A stretch of DNA of 64,000 bases from Eledone cirrhosa (GCA_964016885.1 OZ024742.1:250294001-250358000); one strand, 5' to 3'; shown: positions 42,354 through 56,496, counted from the first letter of the stretch. Notes: generated by a model not told the origin, from the letters alone. Translations and numbers: made by a program.

Positions 42354-42389
42354 ATGAAATGAAATAGCTGTGCAATGAAATAGCTGTGC

Positions 42390-45300
42390 AATGAAATAGC
42401 TGTGCTTCTTCATGGAGAACAGTACAACAAGCGGGACATCATACTTCAGTGTAGGGACAATAGTCTGCAACGGATCAGCGAGACGCATAGGTCCTACGAT
42501 GCATTCCAATATCCCCTACTTTTTCCATTCGTTGACGACGGATACCACTTTGGAATTTCTTTGTGCAACAGCAACAAAACTGTTTCCTCTATACAATTCT
42601 ACACCTACCGATTCATGGTCCGCGAATGATGCTTTAACCAACTCCACCGTGCAAGAGCACTCTTCAACCAGCTTGCTGTAGACGCGTGCGCAAAGATGGA
42701 ATCTGAAAGGCTGTGTTACATAAGGACAGCTACATTCACTTACGGGATGGAGTAAGGAATGACGTCGATCCCGAGAACCTAGGAAAACATTATATCCTTC
42801 CGTCGACCTTCATTGGGAGTCCCGATACACGAGTGAACGCACACAGGATGCTATGACGTACGTGCGTCTCTACGGCAGACCGGATCTCTTCATCACTTCA
42901 ACATGCAACTCTAAGTGGAATGAAATTACCGCGGAGTTATTCCCCGGACAAAGGGCGTCAGACAGACACGACCTTAGGGCACGAGTCTTTCACTTGAAGT
43001 TGACAAAACTTATTGAACTCCTAAAATCAGGTAAGGCCTTTGGACCTGTTAGGTGCTACGTATACACCGTTGAGTGGCAAAAGAGAGGCCTGCGACACGC
43101 TCACCTACTCATTTGGCTGATAACGAAAATCAACGCAAGCAGCATTGACAGCATCATTTCAGCATCATTTCAGCAGAAATACCCGACCCAAAATTGGACA
43201 GGGAACTCCACAACATCGTCACTGCTCACATGGTTAATGGGCCATGCGGATACGGTTTCAGCATGAATTCTCCATGCATTAAAGAAAGAAGGTGCACCAA
43301 GACGTATCCTAGGCCATTCCTCGGAGAAACTCGGACAGGTGGTGACGGTTATCCATTATACCACCGCAGGGAGCCAGCGGACGGAGGAATTGTTGCGAAA
43401 ACACCACATCACAACGTCGACAACCGGTGGATTGTACCCTACTGCCCACTTCTGTTTAAATTGTTTAACGCCCACATTAACGTTGAATACTGCCACTCCG
43501 TCAAATCGATAAAGTACGTCTGCAAGTATATCAATAAGGGGTCCGATGCTGCGTCCTTTGGTCTTACAATGGAGAACAATCGAGACGAAGTAACTCGATA
43601 CCAGGTCGGCTGATATATCAGCAGCAATGAAGCATTCTGGTGATTCTTCCACTTTGCAATACACCATAACTACCCCCCCCCCCCAATCAAGCAGTTGGCG
43701 GTGCACCTTGAAAACGGCCAAATAGTCTACTTCACCGCCTCCACCGCTGCTGAGATAGCAGAGGAACCCAAGGACACCACACTTACGGCATTTTTTAAGT
43801 TATGCCGAAACGATCCCTTTGCCAAGACCATCTTCTACTCTCAGGTGCCATCATACTACACATGGAACACAGACAACAGAATTTGGTTAAGAAGGGTGAA
43901 AGGACAGCCCGTCGAGGGACATCCAGACATTAAAATGTCCCCTACCCTTGGGAGAGTGTACACCATTCATCCTAACCAACAGGAATGCTTTTATCTCCGT
44001 TTTCTACTGCTTGAGGTGGCAGGACCGACATCTTTCGGCGATCTGAAAACAATCAACGGAGATGTTTGTACTTCATTCTGCGCAGCCTGCCTTAGACGGG
44101 GTCTACTCGAAGATGGCGCTCAGAGGGATACAACATTGGCGGAGGCAGCTACAATATGCTCAGCGCTAATTCTTCGCCTACTCTTTGCGATGCTACTGCA
44201 GACATGTGAGTTAAGCGACCCTGCATCCTTATGGGACAAATACAAAGAGGACCTTTCCGATGACTACATACACCAAGGACAACTGCTACTCCCGCATTCC
44301 GACGTACAACTCAGCGACGAATTCTTCAACAAAGCTCTCATTGACATCGAGAACAAAATCCTAACTGCCGGCGGAAATGACCTTCCATTCTATGGACTGC
44401 CAAAAGTTCAGCGAACTGGCTCCGACATACCTCCGACGGGCATAATTCAGGAAACTGCCTACGACGTCCACGCCCTCGAACTGTTCATCAACGAAAACGA
44501 GCCGAAATTGTTGCAGGACCAACGGCAGGCGTATGACACAGTTTGCACTTCCATTCGTCAACGCAGAGGAGGTATCTTCTTTTTGGACGTCCCAGGAGGA
44601 ACTGGTAAAACATTCGTCAATAAACTCCTCCTCGCCAAAGTGCGACAGCAGAAAGCAATCGCCCTTGCTGTGGCTTCTTCTGGCATTGCCGCAACTCTGC
44701 TGCCCGGAGGAAGGACAGCTCATTACGCATTTAAACTGCCATTCAACATGACTTCAGACGACACAATAACCTGCAACATCACCAAGGACTCTGACAAATG
44801 ACAAAGCTGAAGTCTTGAAAAGATGCCACCTAATTGTGTGGGACGAATGCACAATGGCTCATAAAGGGTCCCTTGAGGCGTTAGAGAGGACCCTACGAGA
44901 CATCAGGGAATGCAACCGGCTGATGGGAGGAGTACCTCTACTGCTGTCTGGCGATTTTCGACAAACTCTTCCAGTTGTTCCAAAAGCCACCAGGGCCGAC
45001 ACTGTGGGGGCTTGCATTAAGTCATCTCTCCTGTGGCAAGAAGTGACAATCCTGACCCTCACAACAAACATGAGAGCCCAACTGCTCGGCGACCACTCGG
45101 CAGGAGACTTCTCAAAGGACCTCTTAACAGTTGGTGACGGCACTGCACCTTCAGATGCAGCTGGAGAAATGGCAGTCTCGCAAGTAGGCACCGTTGTCGA
45201 CACTGTTGATGACCTAACAGCCTCTGTCTTTCCCGATATGGCGACCAACTACAAAAACACGAGTTGGCTATGCGATAGAGCCATATTGGCTCCCAAAAAT

Positions 45301-45881
45301 GTCTCAGTTGCAAAAAGCAATGAGGACCTTCTGCAACGCATTCCTGGAAACCTCCGTACCTACGAAAATCTGAGGACAAAGTGGTTGACAAAGATGAGGT
45401 TGACGATTTTCCAACAGAATTTCTCAGTTCCTTCGACATCTCTGGACTGCCACCTCATGAACTGCGCGTCAAAGTTGCGACTCCAGTGATGCTGTTGAGG
45501 AACCTGGAAGAACCACGTCTCTGCAACGGAACACGGTTAGTGGTAAGAAACCTCCTGCCGCATGTAATTGAAGCCACAATTCTCACGGGCTGCGGCGCTG
45601 GAGAAAACGTCTTCATACCCACAATACCATTAACTCCATCAGGCGCGGAATGCCCCTGTACTTTGCGCCGACTTCAATTCCCCGTTAAAATTTGCTTCGC
45701 GATGTCAATCAACAAGTCCCAAGGCCAAACGCTTTCAACGGCAGGCCTGCATTTAGCCCAGCCGTGCTTCTCACACGGCCAATTATACGTCGCATGCTCA
45801 AGAGTGGGATGCAAGCAGAACTTATTTTTACTTGCGCCCAAAGGCAGAACAAAAAATGTGGTCTACATAGAGGTGTTGTGA
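42390..45881 (+). pseudogene. Helitron RepHel copy 2 (more complete, several stops and frameshifts)
   Basis: [87 protein letters not shown]. Confidence 0.92.
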
Positions 45882-46231
45882 CTCCTCTATTCAGGACCAC
45901 TGCAGTCTTGCCGGTCTGACATATAGTGAGTCGATGCTATTGTTGTATATTTTCAAACTTACCCGTATTTACTTTCAATACCACAATATTCATAATTGAG
46001 TGGAATCATTAAAAGTACTTTAAAGCAATTAAACTCCGAGCAGCGCCGGGCACTTCTGCTAGTATATATATATTTACACACAAACATATAATCTGAGTTT
46101 TTCGAATATTAATAATGATATTCGATTCGTTTGTAATTATGCAAATAGCCTCTTTTATAAGCTATGTGAGTAGAATGAGCCTCCCATTCTTCCTTTTATG
46201 TCGCATGCAAACAGAACTGCATATAATATTA

Positions 46232-46922
46232 TATTGATGAGGACAAACTTTTTCATATGTAACCCATTTGCAGCGCCGCAGCTCCATTATTATCATATTT
46301 ACACATATATTTTTTCCTCCGCTGCCACCAGTCTGTTTCGTTCTTTGTGTCTTTACCCTTTCTAGCAGTCTCTCTCTGTTAGCCTCTTCCTCACCTTTCA
46401 CTCACTCACTCACTCTCTGGCACTACCTCTCCTCCTCCCCTTTCTTCCCGTTTGACCTGTCCGTAATCCTTTTCTCGCGGGCACTTGGCCAAGCCGATAT
46501 GAATTTTTTTTCTCTGTCTCTCGTCTGCGAAATCACAGAACTTATGTTTACCGAATTCGCAGACCAGACCTCTTCTTCCTCCCGTTAGACCTGTGCGAAA
46601 TTCCTTCCTTGCTCACATTTCAACCAGGTTTGATGGTCTTTATTCTCTCGTTCACGATTCCACCGAATTTATATTCATAGAAATCTGGGACTTGTTTCCT
46701 TCTTCATCACTTTCTGCTGCTTAAACCATTTTGTTTGTTTACCCTAGCGTCCCCTTTATTTACGTGTCCCAACGACTTTTTTTTATCCGTTGCTCGCACC
46801 AACCTGAGGTATATGGCCTTTAATGCGACGAAATGCCTACGACGATTGGATGCCTATTGATGAGGACAAACTTTTTCATATGTAACCCATTTGCAGCGCC
46901 GCAGCTCCATTATTATCATATT

Positions 46923-46926
<4 letters not shown>
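46232..46926 (+). mobile_element. Family D1 copy: 623-bp unit with ~72-bp terminal direct repeat
   Basis: 46232-46303 equals 46855-46926; homologous to 14916-15877 but with different end points. Confidence 0.85.
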
Positions 46927-46997
<71 letters not shown>

Positions 46998-47004
46998 TAT
47001 AGTA

Positions 47005-47248
47005 TAATTAAGTCAAATACGTAAAATTTGGCTTTGTTTATTATAAATTATAGATATACTGCTATATATATTTCGGCTGTCACCGAAATATATATAGCAG
47101 CATATCTATAATTTATAATAAACGAAGCAAATTTTACCTATTTGACTTAATTATTTTACATTACTCCGGAGTAAACAAACCAACCTGCGTACTTCGTCGA
47201 GTGCTCCAATCTGGATACTGAGATGGCGGTAAACAACCAACATATACT

Positions 47249-47251
<3 letters not shown>
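47005..47251 (+). mobile_element. Hairpin+tail derivative of the HHR terminus at 52.65-52.86 kb
   Basis: Arms 47005-47076 and 47083-47153; right arm plus tail match 52675-52856. Confidence 0.88.
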
Positions 47252-47307
<56 letters not shown>

Positions 47308-47309
47308 GA

Positions 47310-47353
<44 letters not shown>

Positions 47354-47719
47354 TGCACAGATTAAAAGTTTAAGCAAACAGTTTCTGCTTTCCTCCTAAA
47401 GCGTGTTCTTATACATATAAAGTCTTTCTAAATACGTCGAGTTCTTTTTCTACTTTCGCCTTGATTTCTTTATACAGATGCGTTAAGCAGTGTCCGTTAT
47501 ATGTTTTCAATTGTAATTATATTGTATTGTTAAATATTTGTTGTCTATTTGATTATTTCTTGTGAACACAATCAATGTTTGCTACTACAGATCAGAACTG
47601 AAGAGATTAGCTATAGATGGGGTTAGTTCTCTCTGATTAAAGATCTGCTTGATCTAAGCAGATATCGGTTGGATTGAGAGAAAAAAAACCAAAAAAGAAC
47701 AGAAGAAAAAGTATTAACA

Positions 47720-48800
47720 AAACAAAAGCAACAACAAAAATAAAAACAATAACAATAACAATAACAGCAACGACGATGCCAGCAACAATAAGAACAATAC
47801 CAACACCAACAAAACCACCACCACAACACCATCGTGAGCACCACTCCCATCAACATAATCATCAACAGTATCATCATCATTACCACTACCACCACAATCA
47901 CACCACCACTAACAACAACATCAAACTTTTATAAGTCTTTCAGTCACTAAACAATACAAATAACAACACCGATGCCACCACGTGGCCACCGCATCACCAT
48001 CACCACTACTACCATCAACACAATCATCAACAATACCATTACCACCACACCATCACCACCACCATCACCACCACCACCACCATCACCACCACTACCATCA
48101 CCATCACCACCACTACCATCAACATAATCATCAACAATACCATCACCACCACAACTACACCACCACCACCTCCATCACCACCACCATCACCACCATCACC
48201 ACCACCACCATCACCACCACTACCATCAACATAATGATCAACAATACCATCACCACCACACCACTACCACCTCCATCACCACCATCACCACCACCACCAC
48301 CATCACCACCACCACCATCACCATCACCACCACTACCATCAACATAATCATCAACAATACCATCACCACCACACCGCCACCACCTCCATCACCACCATCA
48401 CTACCACCACCACCATCACCACCACCACCATCACCATCACCACCACTACCATCAACACAATCATCAACAATACCATTACCACCACACCACCACCACCATC
48501 ACCACCACCACCATCACCACCACCACCATCACCACCACCACCATCACCACCACCACCATCACCATCACCACCACTACCATCAACATAATCATCAACAATA
48601 CCATTACCACCGCACCACCACCACCATCACCACCACCACCATCACCACCACCACCATCACCATCACCACCACTACCATCAACATAATCATCAACAATACC
48701 ATTACCACCACACCACCACAACCACACCACCACCACCACCACCACCATCATCATCACCACCACCACCATCACCACCACCACCACCACTCTAGCAACAACA
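47720..48800. repeat. (ACC/ATC/AAC)-rich array with ~110-120-bp higher-order unit
   Basis: ACCATCAACATAATCATCAACAATACCAT recurs about 8 times among CAC runs. Confidence 0.9.
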
Positions 48801-49234
48801 AGATACTTTTATAAGTCTTTCAGCTACTAAACAATGTTATCGAAAGGAACAGTTTTTCGAAATAGTTTTGAATCGTATTTTAAAATATAATGTTGCCTCG
48901 ACATGAAACCTTCCATTGTTACTGTTTTCTACTGATCTTTTATCTTCCTTTTCTGTAATATGTTTTTTTCTGTAATCAAAAGTTGTTTCTAGAAATATTT
49001 TTATTAATTTGCTCTTTAGCGCTGATTTGGTTGACTCATGATCTTCTTAAATCAAGAAATGTATATATATTTACAGATATAATTATGTAATAAACAACAC
49101 AATATAATTATTCCATTTACCCAAGGTTTCACGAAGTCAGACGATTCTAACAGAGGCGTCTGAATTTATGGTTCATTTCTTTTTCATTTGGGATCCTATA
49201 AACGGTAAAAATATATCCTGCATGTACATAGTAC

Positions 49235-49361
<127 letters not shown>

Positions 49362-49549
49362 CAACAAAGATAGTGTGGTAAGGTGCCAGGTGGACCATAA
49401 CGCACCAGAGTACTCGATACTTATGGTAGTAGAGTGGGTAATAGTAAAAGAGTCAGGATCCCGATTGAGCTCCGGCCGTTTCGACAGCTAGTTCGGATGT
49501 AGTTGTCGAAACGGCCGAAGCTCAGCCTTCGGGGTCCTGACTTTTTTCA
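49362..49549 (-). mobile_element. Family H1 hairpin+tail element, copy 3
   Basis: Same arms and tail, reverse orientation, in (TA)n. Confidence 0.85.
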
Positions 49550-50004
49550 TATATATATATACATATATATAACTGGGACTCTATCGGTAACAGTGAGGAG
49601 TGTTCTAGTTGATACAATCAAAGGAACAGCTTGCTCATGAAATTAACAAGCAAGTTCCTCAGCATTCCACTAACACACAACATAGTTTTCAGGAAGATTC
49701 AGCATGATACAGAATATGACAAAGCTGACCCTTCGAATTACAAGTATAATTCCTTTTTGCCAGCCGAACGGCGTTAAATAGTGTCTTGCTGAAAGAAACA
49801 AGGCACCACCGGGGTTTTCTGTACATACATATATCAATATAGATATAAATATAGATTGTAAAGAGTGAGTACATGAATACTGAGCTCACGCTTTTTGGCG
49901 GTGAAACAGTCGTCGGGCACTAACTCTTTAAAATACATATGCTCTACTTTTCTAAGTATTGAGTACTTAGCTGAAACGGTCTTAATATTCTAAACTGGTA
50001 ACTC

Positions 50005-50054
<50 letters not shown>

Positions 50055-50348
50055 CTGGTGGTGTGAGTACGTGTCGAACCTACAATATTTCCGACGTAAA
50101 TTTCTGTTTTTCAAACAATGGAACAGCAGCCTGATTAAGTAACTGAGAACTACACAGTTACTCGTAGCCCGAAACAGATTCTTCGGGGAATGAACTGAAG
50201 AAACGCGAAATAAACCGTCTTGATCAAAGTCACATCGTGGCCCGTTATACGCTAGACACTGAGCTAAGTGTTTTCACATGTATAATGTATAGAAATATGT
50301 AACTCTTTCTCTCACATACACACACATATACATATCTATCTATCTATC

Positions 50349-50650
50349 TAGGGCGGTTAAAATTCCCGAGATCCATGGACAAGTTCTCTCCAGCGGTCTC
50401 TGTCCCTCATTATCGCTGCCATGTCCTGCGTCTCCAGCAAACCAGTGTCTGTCCTTAGGGCATCAACATACGTTAACCTTGGTCTTCCTCTTCCAGTGTG
50501 TCCATGTAGGTGCTCCCATAGGAGCACTGAGTGCAATGTCAACTCTGGATGCCGGTGAGCATGTCCAGCTAACCTCAGTCTCCTCTGTGTCACTTTTGAG
50601 CTGACTTTTGGGAGGTTCCCATACAGCTCTGAGTTTTTCATCCTCAGTGA
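50349..50650 (-). mobile_element. RTE-like LINE 3' fragment
   Basis: RRLRLAGHAHRH...LLWE..HG..GRGRPRLTYVD; second copy at 62479-62820. Confidence 0.8.
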
Positions 50651-50652
50651 GG

Positions 50653-50724
<72 letters not shown>

Positions 50725-50735
50725 TATATATATAT

Positions 50736-50928
50736 AGGAAAAAGTGTGACCCCTACAGCAGAGCTCAAGCCGTTCCGACGGCTATTTCTGGACTGAAATA
50801 GCCGTCGAGACGGCTTGAGCTCTGCCGTTGGGGGTCATACTTTTTCCTATTTCCCACTCTATTACCCTAAGTATTGAGTACTCTGGTGCATTATGGTCCA
50901 TCTGGTTCCTTACCACAATTCCTTTGTT
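50736..50928 (+). mobile_element. Family H1 hairpin+tail element, copy 4
   Basis: Same arms and tail, in (TA)n. Confidence 0.85.
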
Positions 50929-51195
50929 ATATATATATATATATATATATATTAGTTTTGCGAAGTTTTTTATATTAGTTTTGCGAGGTCTTTGACCGTT
51001 GGTCAGTCAATGGTAACATTGAGAACCGAATGAATTAAATTAAATTAACCGATATAAAAGACACAGTAGCGAAAAACAACCAAACAGTGAGTCTGTTCTG
51101 GTATTAATTCTGGCAATATTATTACACAAATATGACCCTCCCCAAGTATAACAATATTTGTTTCGACATACGATTTCATATAAAAAACCTAGTAA

Positions 51196-51382
51196 TAATT
51201 GTTTCTACTTTTGGCACAAGGCCAGCAATTACCCAGTGTATTACTGGTACTTTATTTTATCGACCCCGTAAGGATGAAAGGCAAAGTTAACCTCGGCGGG
51301 ATTTGAACTCAGAATGGAAAGGGACGTGACTCTTTGCGTCAAAGCATGGCGTCCGACCCTCTACCGATACTGCCAATCCACC
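51196..51382 (-). mobile_element. tRNA-type SINE
   Basis: Homologous to 35518-35710; TAATAAT on both sides (possible TSD). Confidence 0.85.
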
Positions 51383-51669
51383 TAATAATAAATTTGAAGA
51401 CTAAAATCCAAAGAGGGCTCGATAAGGATAAATATATATCAAATATATAAGAACCGTAGAGCAAATATTTATTAAAATAACAGATTAAAGTTTAAGCAAA
51501 GAATCGCTGCTTTTACCCTTAAGATCCCGTTAAGGGTGAAAGCAGCGATTCTTTGCTTAAACTTTAATCTGTTATTTTAATAAATATTTGCTCTACGGTT
51601 CTTATATATTTGATATATATTTATCCTTATCGAGCCCTCTTTGGATTTTAGTCTTCAAATTTATTATTA
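51383..51669 (-). mobile_element. Fold-back insert (arms ~138 bp)
   Basis: 51383-51520 is the rc of ~51531-51669. The inner arm resembles 47357-47400. Confidence 0.8.
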
Positions 51670-51733
51670 TTACTATATATATATATATATATATAATTTA
51701 ATGTATAATAAACAATACAATATAATTACCTCA

Positions 51734-51791
51734 TTACCAGAGGTTTCCCGAATAAGACGAATAGGAAAAACGTCCTCATTCGTTCATCGGA
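51734..51791 (-). ncRNA. Degenerate hammerhead (paralogue at ~49118-49175)
   Basis: CCGATGA-ACGAATGAGGACG...CGTCTTATTCG-G-GAAA-CC-TCT-GG-TA. Confidence 0.45.
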
Positions 51792-52079
51792 CAAGGCAAA
51801 TTAAAACATAGTGAAAACATTTTATTTTATTTGAATCTTCAGTTTTATTTTTCATTTATTTTATATTTATTATTTATTTTCTGTTTTCTTCATTTTATTG
51901 CCTTCTATGTGTTCATATTCATGGCACAGTAACCCCCCCCCCCACCACCACCACCACCACCCCACCCCACCACCCACCACCACCACCACGAGAAATGGTG
52001 GCAGGATGGATGAAGAAACACACACAGCTATATCTAAATGTCAGCAGCAGCAAGACCTAGGCTGACCAAAGCACCAACC

Positions 52080-52485
52080 CCACTACCAAAATAAGGGTAG
52101 AGGTCAGATGTACTTAACAATAGCAAAAACAAACACTACAGGTAGCCTCACCCCAGAAAGAATTTCTATAGACTTCTGACTGAGGAATGTTCTCACAACT
52201 GACCAATGGGAGCCATGACCTTACAAATATTTCTAACATTGAGATTGGGTATAACACACACATTTTATTTGATTATCTTATTTTATTTTGTTCTTTTACC
52301 ATCTTATTCCTTCTACCACTTTATCATTTTGTTTAGTTGACTCCAACACCAACACCACTACCAACATAAGAGTAAAGGTCAGATGTACTTAACAATAACA
52401 AGAACAACCACTACAGATTGCCTCGCCTCAGAACGAATTTCAATAGACTTTGACTGAGGAATGTTCTCACAACTGACCAATGGAA
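52080..52485 (+). repeat. ~130-bp diverged direct repeat upstream of the HHR
   Basis: 52080-52210 similar to 52356-52485. Confidence 0.8.
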
Positions 52486-52645
52486 GGAGAAGATGTCCTT
52501 AGACGCTGAAATTCCTTTGTTTAAATTCATATGATTCCAGTTCCTCAGTGAAATAACAACCCAACCAGGAACTGGGTATATCAGAGCATTGACGAAGTTA
52601 AACACCTCAACAACATGTGTACTCGTCTCCACCACACTAATTCGG

Positions 52646-52702
52646 ACTGCCTGAAGAGGTCACAGCCAAAGATGGCTGTCACCGAAATATATATATAGCA
52701 GT
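52646..52702 (+). ncRNA. Type-I hammerhead ribozyme, intact (PLE pseudo-LTR type)
   Basis: ACTGC-CTGAAGA-GGTCACAGCCA-AAGA-TGGCTGTCACC-GAAA-TATATATA-TA-GCAGT. Stem I 5 bp, stem II 10/11 bp, palindromic stem III. Confidence 0.88.
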
Positions 52703-52857
52703 AATAAACGAAGCCAAATTTTAAATATTTGACTTATTTACTTATTTATTTTAGTTTATTTTACATTACTCCAGAGTAAACAAACCAACCTGCGCACTTC
52801 GTCGAGTGCTCCAATCTGCATACTTAGGTGTTGGTATACAACTAACATATACTCAAA

Positions 52858-52942
<85 letters not shown>

Positions 52943-53369
52943 AGGCGAACACTCTAATGACTAAACCATACCACATTAATCTTTAAGGATGGAGTACATA
53001 CAGAATAGGTATTTTAATAGTACATGATGGTAGCAATAATTAATAAATAGCTGAAACGAAGAACACAAGACTAGGAATCGAACAAGATATGTAAAGAAAC
53101 GACTTAGTCTTAGTGACAATAAAAAATCTACTTTCGAAAAACACATTCTTTACAGGCAGAAGAACTACTGAGTAAGACATGACAGTTTCTTAGATATATG
53201 AGACATGCTACGGGTTGGTTTGGGGGTTGTTTTGGGGTTGTTGCTTATTTGTGTTTTTGCTTTTTTAACTAATGACAAATTGGTGCCAATTATTTATGAT
53301 TTATTTAAGTAATACGTGGATGTGAGTGTGTGTGTATACACACACACACACATACACTCACACACACAC

Positions 53370-53445
<76 letters not shown>

Positions 53446-53483
53446 ATTTTATGTTATATATATTTGCATATGTAACTTATATG

Positions 53484-53547
<64 letters not shown>

Positions 53548-53696
53548 ATATAGATGCATGTGTGTGTGTATGTTTATGTGTGTATGAATGAAAATAATGA
53601 TGGCTATAATTGGTATAAGAGAGAAATGGAGTTACAATTTCGAGTGGCTTTTGTTGAAGCAATGTAAGCAAAACTTTGCATCACAAACGTAGCATT

Positions 53697-53728
<32 letters not shown>

Positions 53729-54550
53729 ATATATCATTCTCCTCATCACCACCAACAACAACAACTTCATCACAACTATCCCTACTAACATAAGCTCCAC
53801 CAACAACATCACCAACATCATCAGCAAGAACAACAACAGAACTTCCCAATAAGGACATTACCCCATCGACAACAACATCACCATCGACAACATCACCAAG
53901 AACAATATCACCAAGAACAATATCACCAACAACAGCAATATTACCAACAACAACGACAGCATCTTCCAATAAGAACATTATCCCTACCACCACCAACATC
54001 TACCACTGACAACTACAACAACGACATCTTCATCACTAGTACCAACAACATCACTAGTACCAACAACAACATCATCACCAGCAACATCACCATCAACAAC
54101 ATCATCACCACCAACAACAATATCACTGCCACCATCAACATCATCACCGCCACCATCAACAACATCCTCGCCACCAACAACAACAATATCATGACCACCA
54201 ACAACAACGACAACAACATCATCAACACCAACAACAACATCACCGCCACCTATATCATCATCACCACCAACAACGACAACAACATCGTAACCACCAACAT
54301 CATCACGGCCATCATCAACATCATCATCACCGCCACCGATAACATCATCACCACTAACTATATCACCGCCACCAACATCATCATCATCATCATCATCACA
54401 AATAACAACATCATCACCAACAACATCAGCGCCACCACCAACATCACCAACACTATCAACATCATCAACATGAACAACATCAACAACATTATTACCGCCA
54501 TCAACAACATTATCACCAACACCATCAGCACCGTGGTGGTGGTGGTGGTG
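53697..54550. repeat. (AAC/ATC/ACC) low-complexity array
   Basis: Direct reading. Confidence 0.9.
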
Positions 54551-54746
54551 TTGTTTAACCCCAAGTCAGCCATGATCAAGCAGGTATATGATCAAAGATA
54601 TTCCAGCTGTAGCTCTCCCATTAGTTTTCCGAACGCAATATATCGAAGATAAACTGAACATGACTCTGGAACTGGGGATTAGCTATAAATATTTTAATTA
54701 AAGCTTATGAAAGAAATCTTTCTATCCCGAGATAGGAAGTTAATCT

Positions 54747-54940
54747 AATAATTGTTTGTAATTTGGGCACAAGGCCAGCAATTATTCCAGTGTATTACTG
54801 GTACTTTTATTTTATCGACCCCGTAAGGATAAAAGGCAAAGTTTACCTCGGCGAGATATGAACTCAGATCGGGAATGGGTGTAACTCTATGCTGCAAAGC
54901 ATGGAGTCCGACTCTCCACCGATACTGCCAATCCACCGCT
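54747..54940 (-). mobile_element. tRNA-type SINE
   Basis: Homologous to 35518-35710. Confidence 0.85.
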
Positions 54941-55343
54941 CAATAATATGAAGCCTATTCAAATTATCTTGTGTAAACTAAAAGACGAAGAGATTAATAT
55001 TCATTAAATGAAATGATTTACAAAAATACCTTGGTTTGATTTGAACCCATATCAGTGAGATGGGAATATGATCGTGTCTCTTATAAATGAAAGCTATTGA
55101 TCCGTCCTCACTACCTCTACATTTAGTTAGTAAAATCTTCCAATAAAACGTTTTCAATCTAAAGACAATAAAATAATTTAAGTAAAAATTGTGGGCAATA
55201 CAGACAACACAAGTGTACATGTTTTATAAAACCGATTGCTGAAAACAGATCTAATCAAATCTCCTCAGTGAAGATACAAACGCATCAATACGATGTGTGT
55301 GTATATTTGCATGCATAAACATACATATACACATCACATGGAT

Positions 55344-55390
<47 letters not shown>

Positions 55391-55423
55391 AATGAAAGGT
55401 AAAGAAATTGTTTTAACGAAAAG

Positions 55424-55460
<37 letters not shown>

Positions 55461-55462
55461 TA

Positions 55463-55518
<56 letters not shown>

Positions 55519-55815
55519 CGGTACGAAGACCAAGAGTCACAAATCAGAATATTTTAGGCCTATTACGTTGCAGTGTAGGTATAGATATATATGTTAGAAC
55601 CCCAGTTATACCCTATATTGGGAACTATAACTTATATCTTTCTATCCCCACTCCCCCCATCTCATTCTCGCCCCCCCCCCGCCTCTCATTCTGTCTCTCT
55701 CCCCCTCGCTCTCTCTCTCTCTTTACATATACATATATATATATATATATATTTATAAATATACATATATATATATATATGTGTACATATATATATTTAT
55801 ATATATATATATAAA

Positions 55816-55887
<72 letters not shown>

Positions 55888-55900
55888 TCAACACATAATT

Positions 55901-55936
<36 letters not shown>

Positions 55937-55955
55937 ATATATACAGAGAGAGAGG

Positions 55956-55989
<34 letters not shown>

Positions 55990-56262
55990 CAGTTATGTGT
56001 GTTGTATTACACACTAAGTTAATGTGCCTGCATTTATTCGCTTCAGTTAACTTAGAGTTTGAGAGCAGTAAAATATTTCAGAGATTGGGAAGTGTTGAGA
56101 GAGGATTTGCATTCAGTCGATGGGAGGAAGAGAATTATATTTCAAACTGATTTTTCCCAACAACATGCAGCCAAGTACCAACTAATAAACTAATAAAACC
56201 TTGCATGCATGCTATGATATATGTCCATGTATATGTATACATATATATGCTTGAACATAAAT

Positions 56263-56339
<77 letters not shown>

Positions 56340-56439
56340 ACATATACATATATATATACACACATATATATACACACACACACAATGTTCTTGCACCTAT
56401 ACACCTATATATATACATATACATATATATATATATATA

Positions 56440-56496
<57 letters not shown>

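Larger units (their letters stand above)
38353..46062 (+). mobile_element. Helitron, composite, two RepHel regions
   Basis: 5' A|TCTCTATATATATAAAAC. 3' GC-rich imperfect hairpin CCGAGCAGCGCCGGG then CTAG|T at 46059-46062. Rep and PIF1 motifs inside. Confidence 0.92.

Noticed and set aside
50150-50185. CTGATTAAGTAACTG...CAGTTAC hairpin as an HHR
   Set aside because: Both conserved boxes are altered or misplaced; support too weak.
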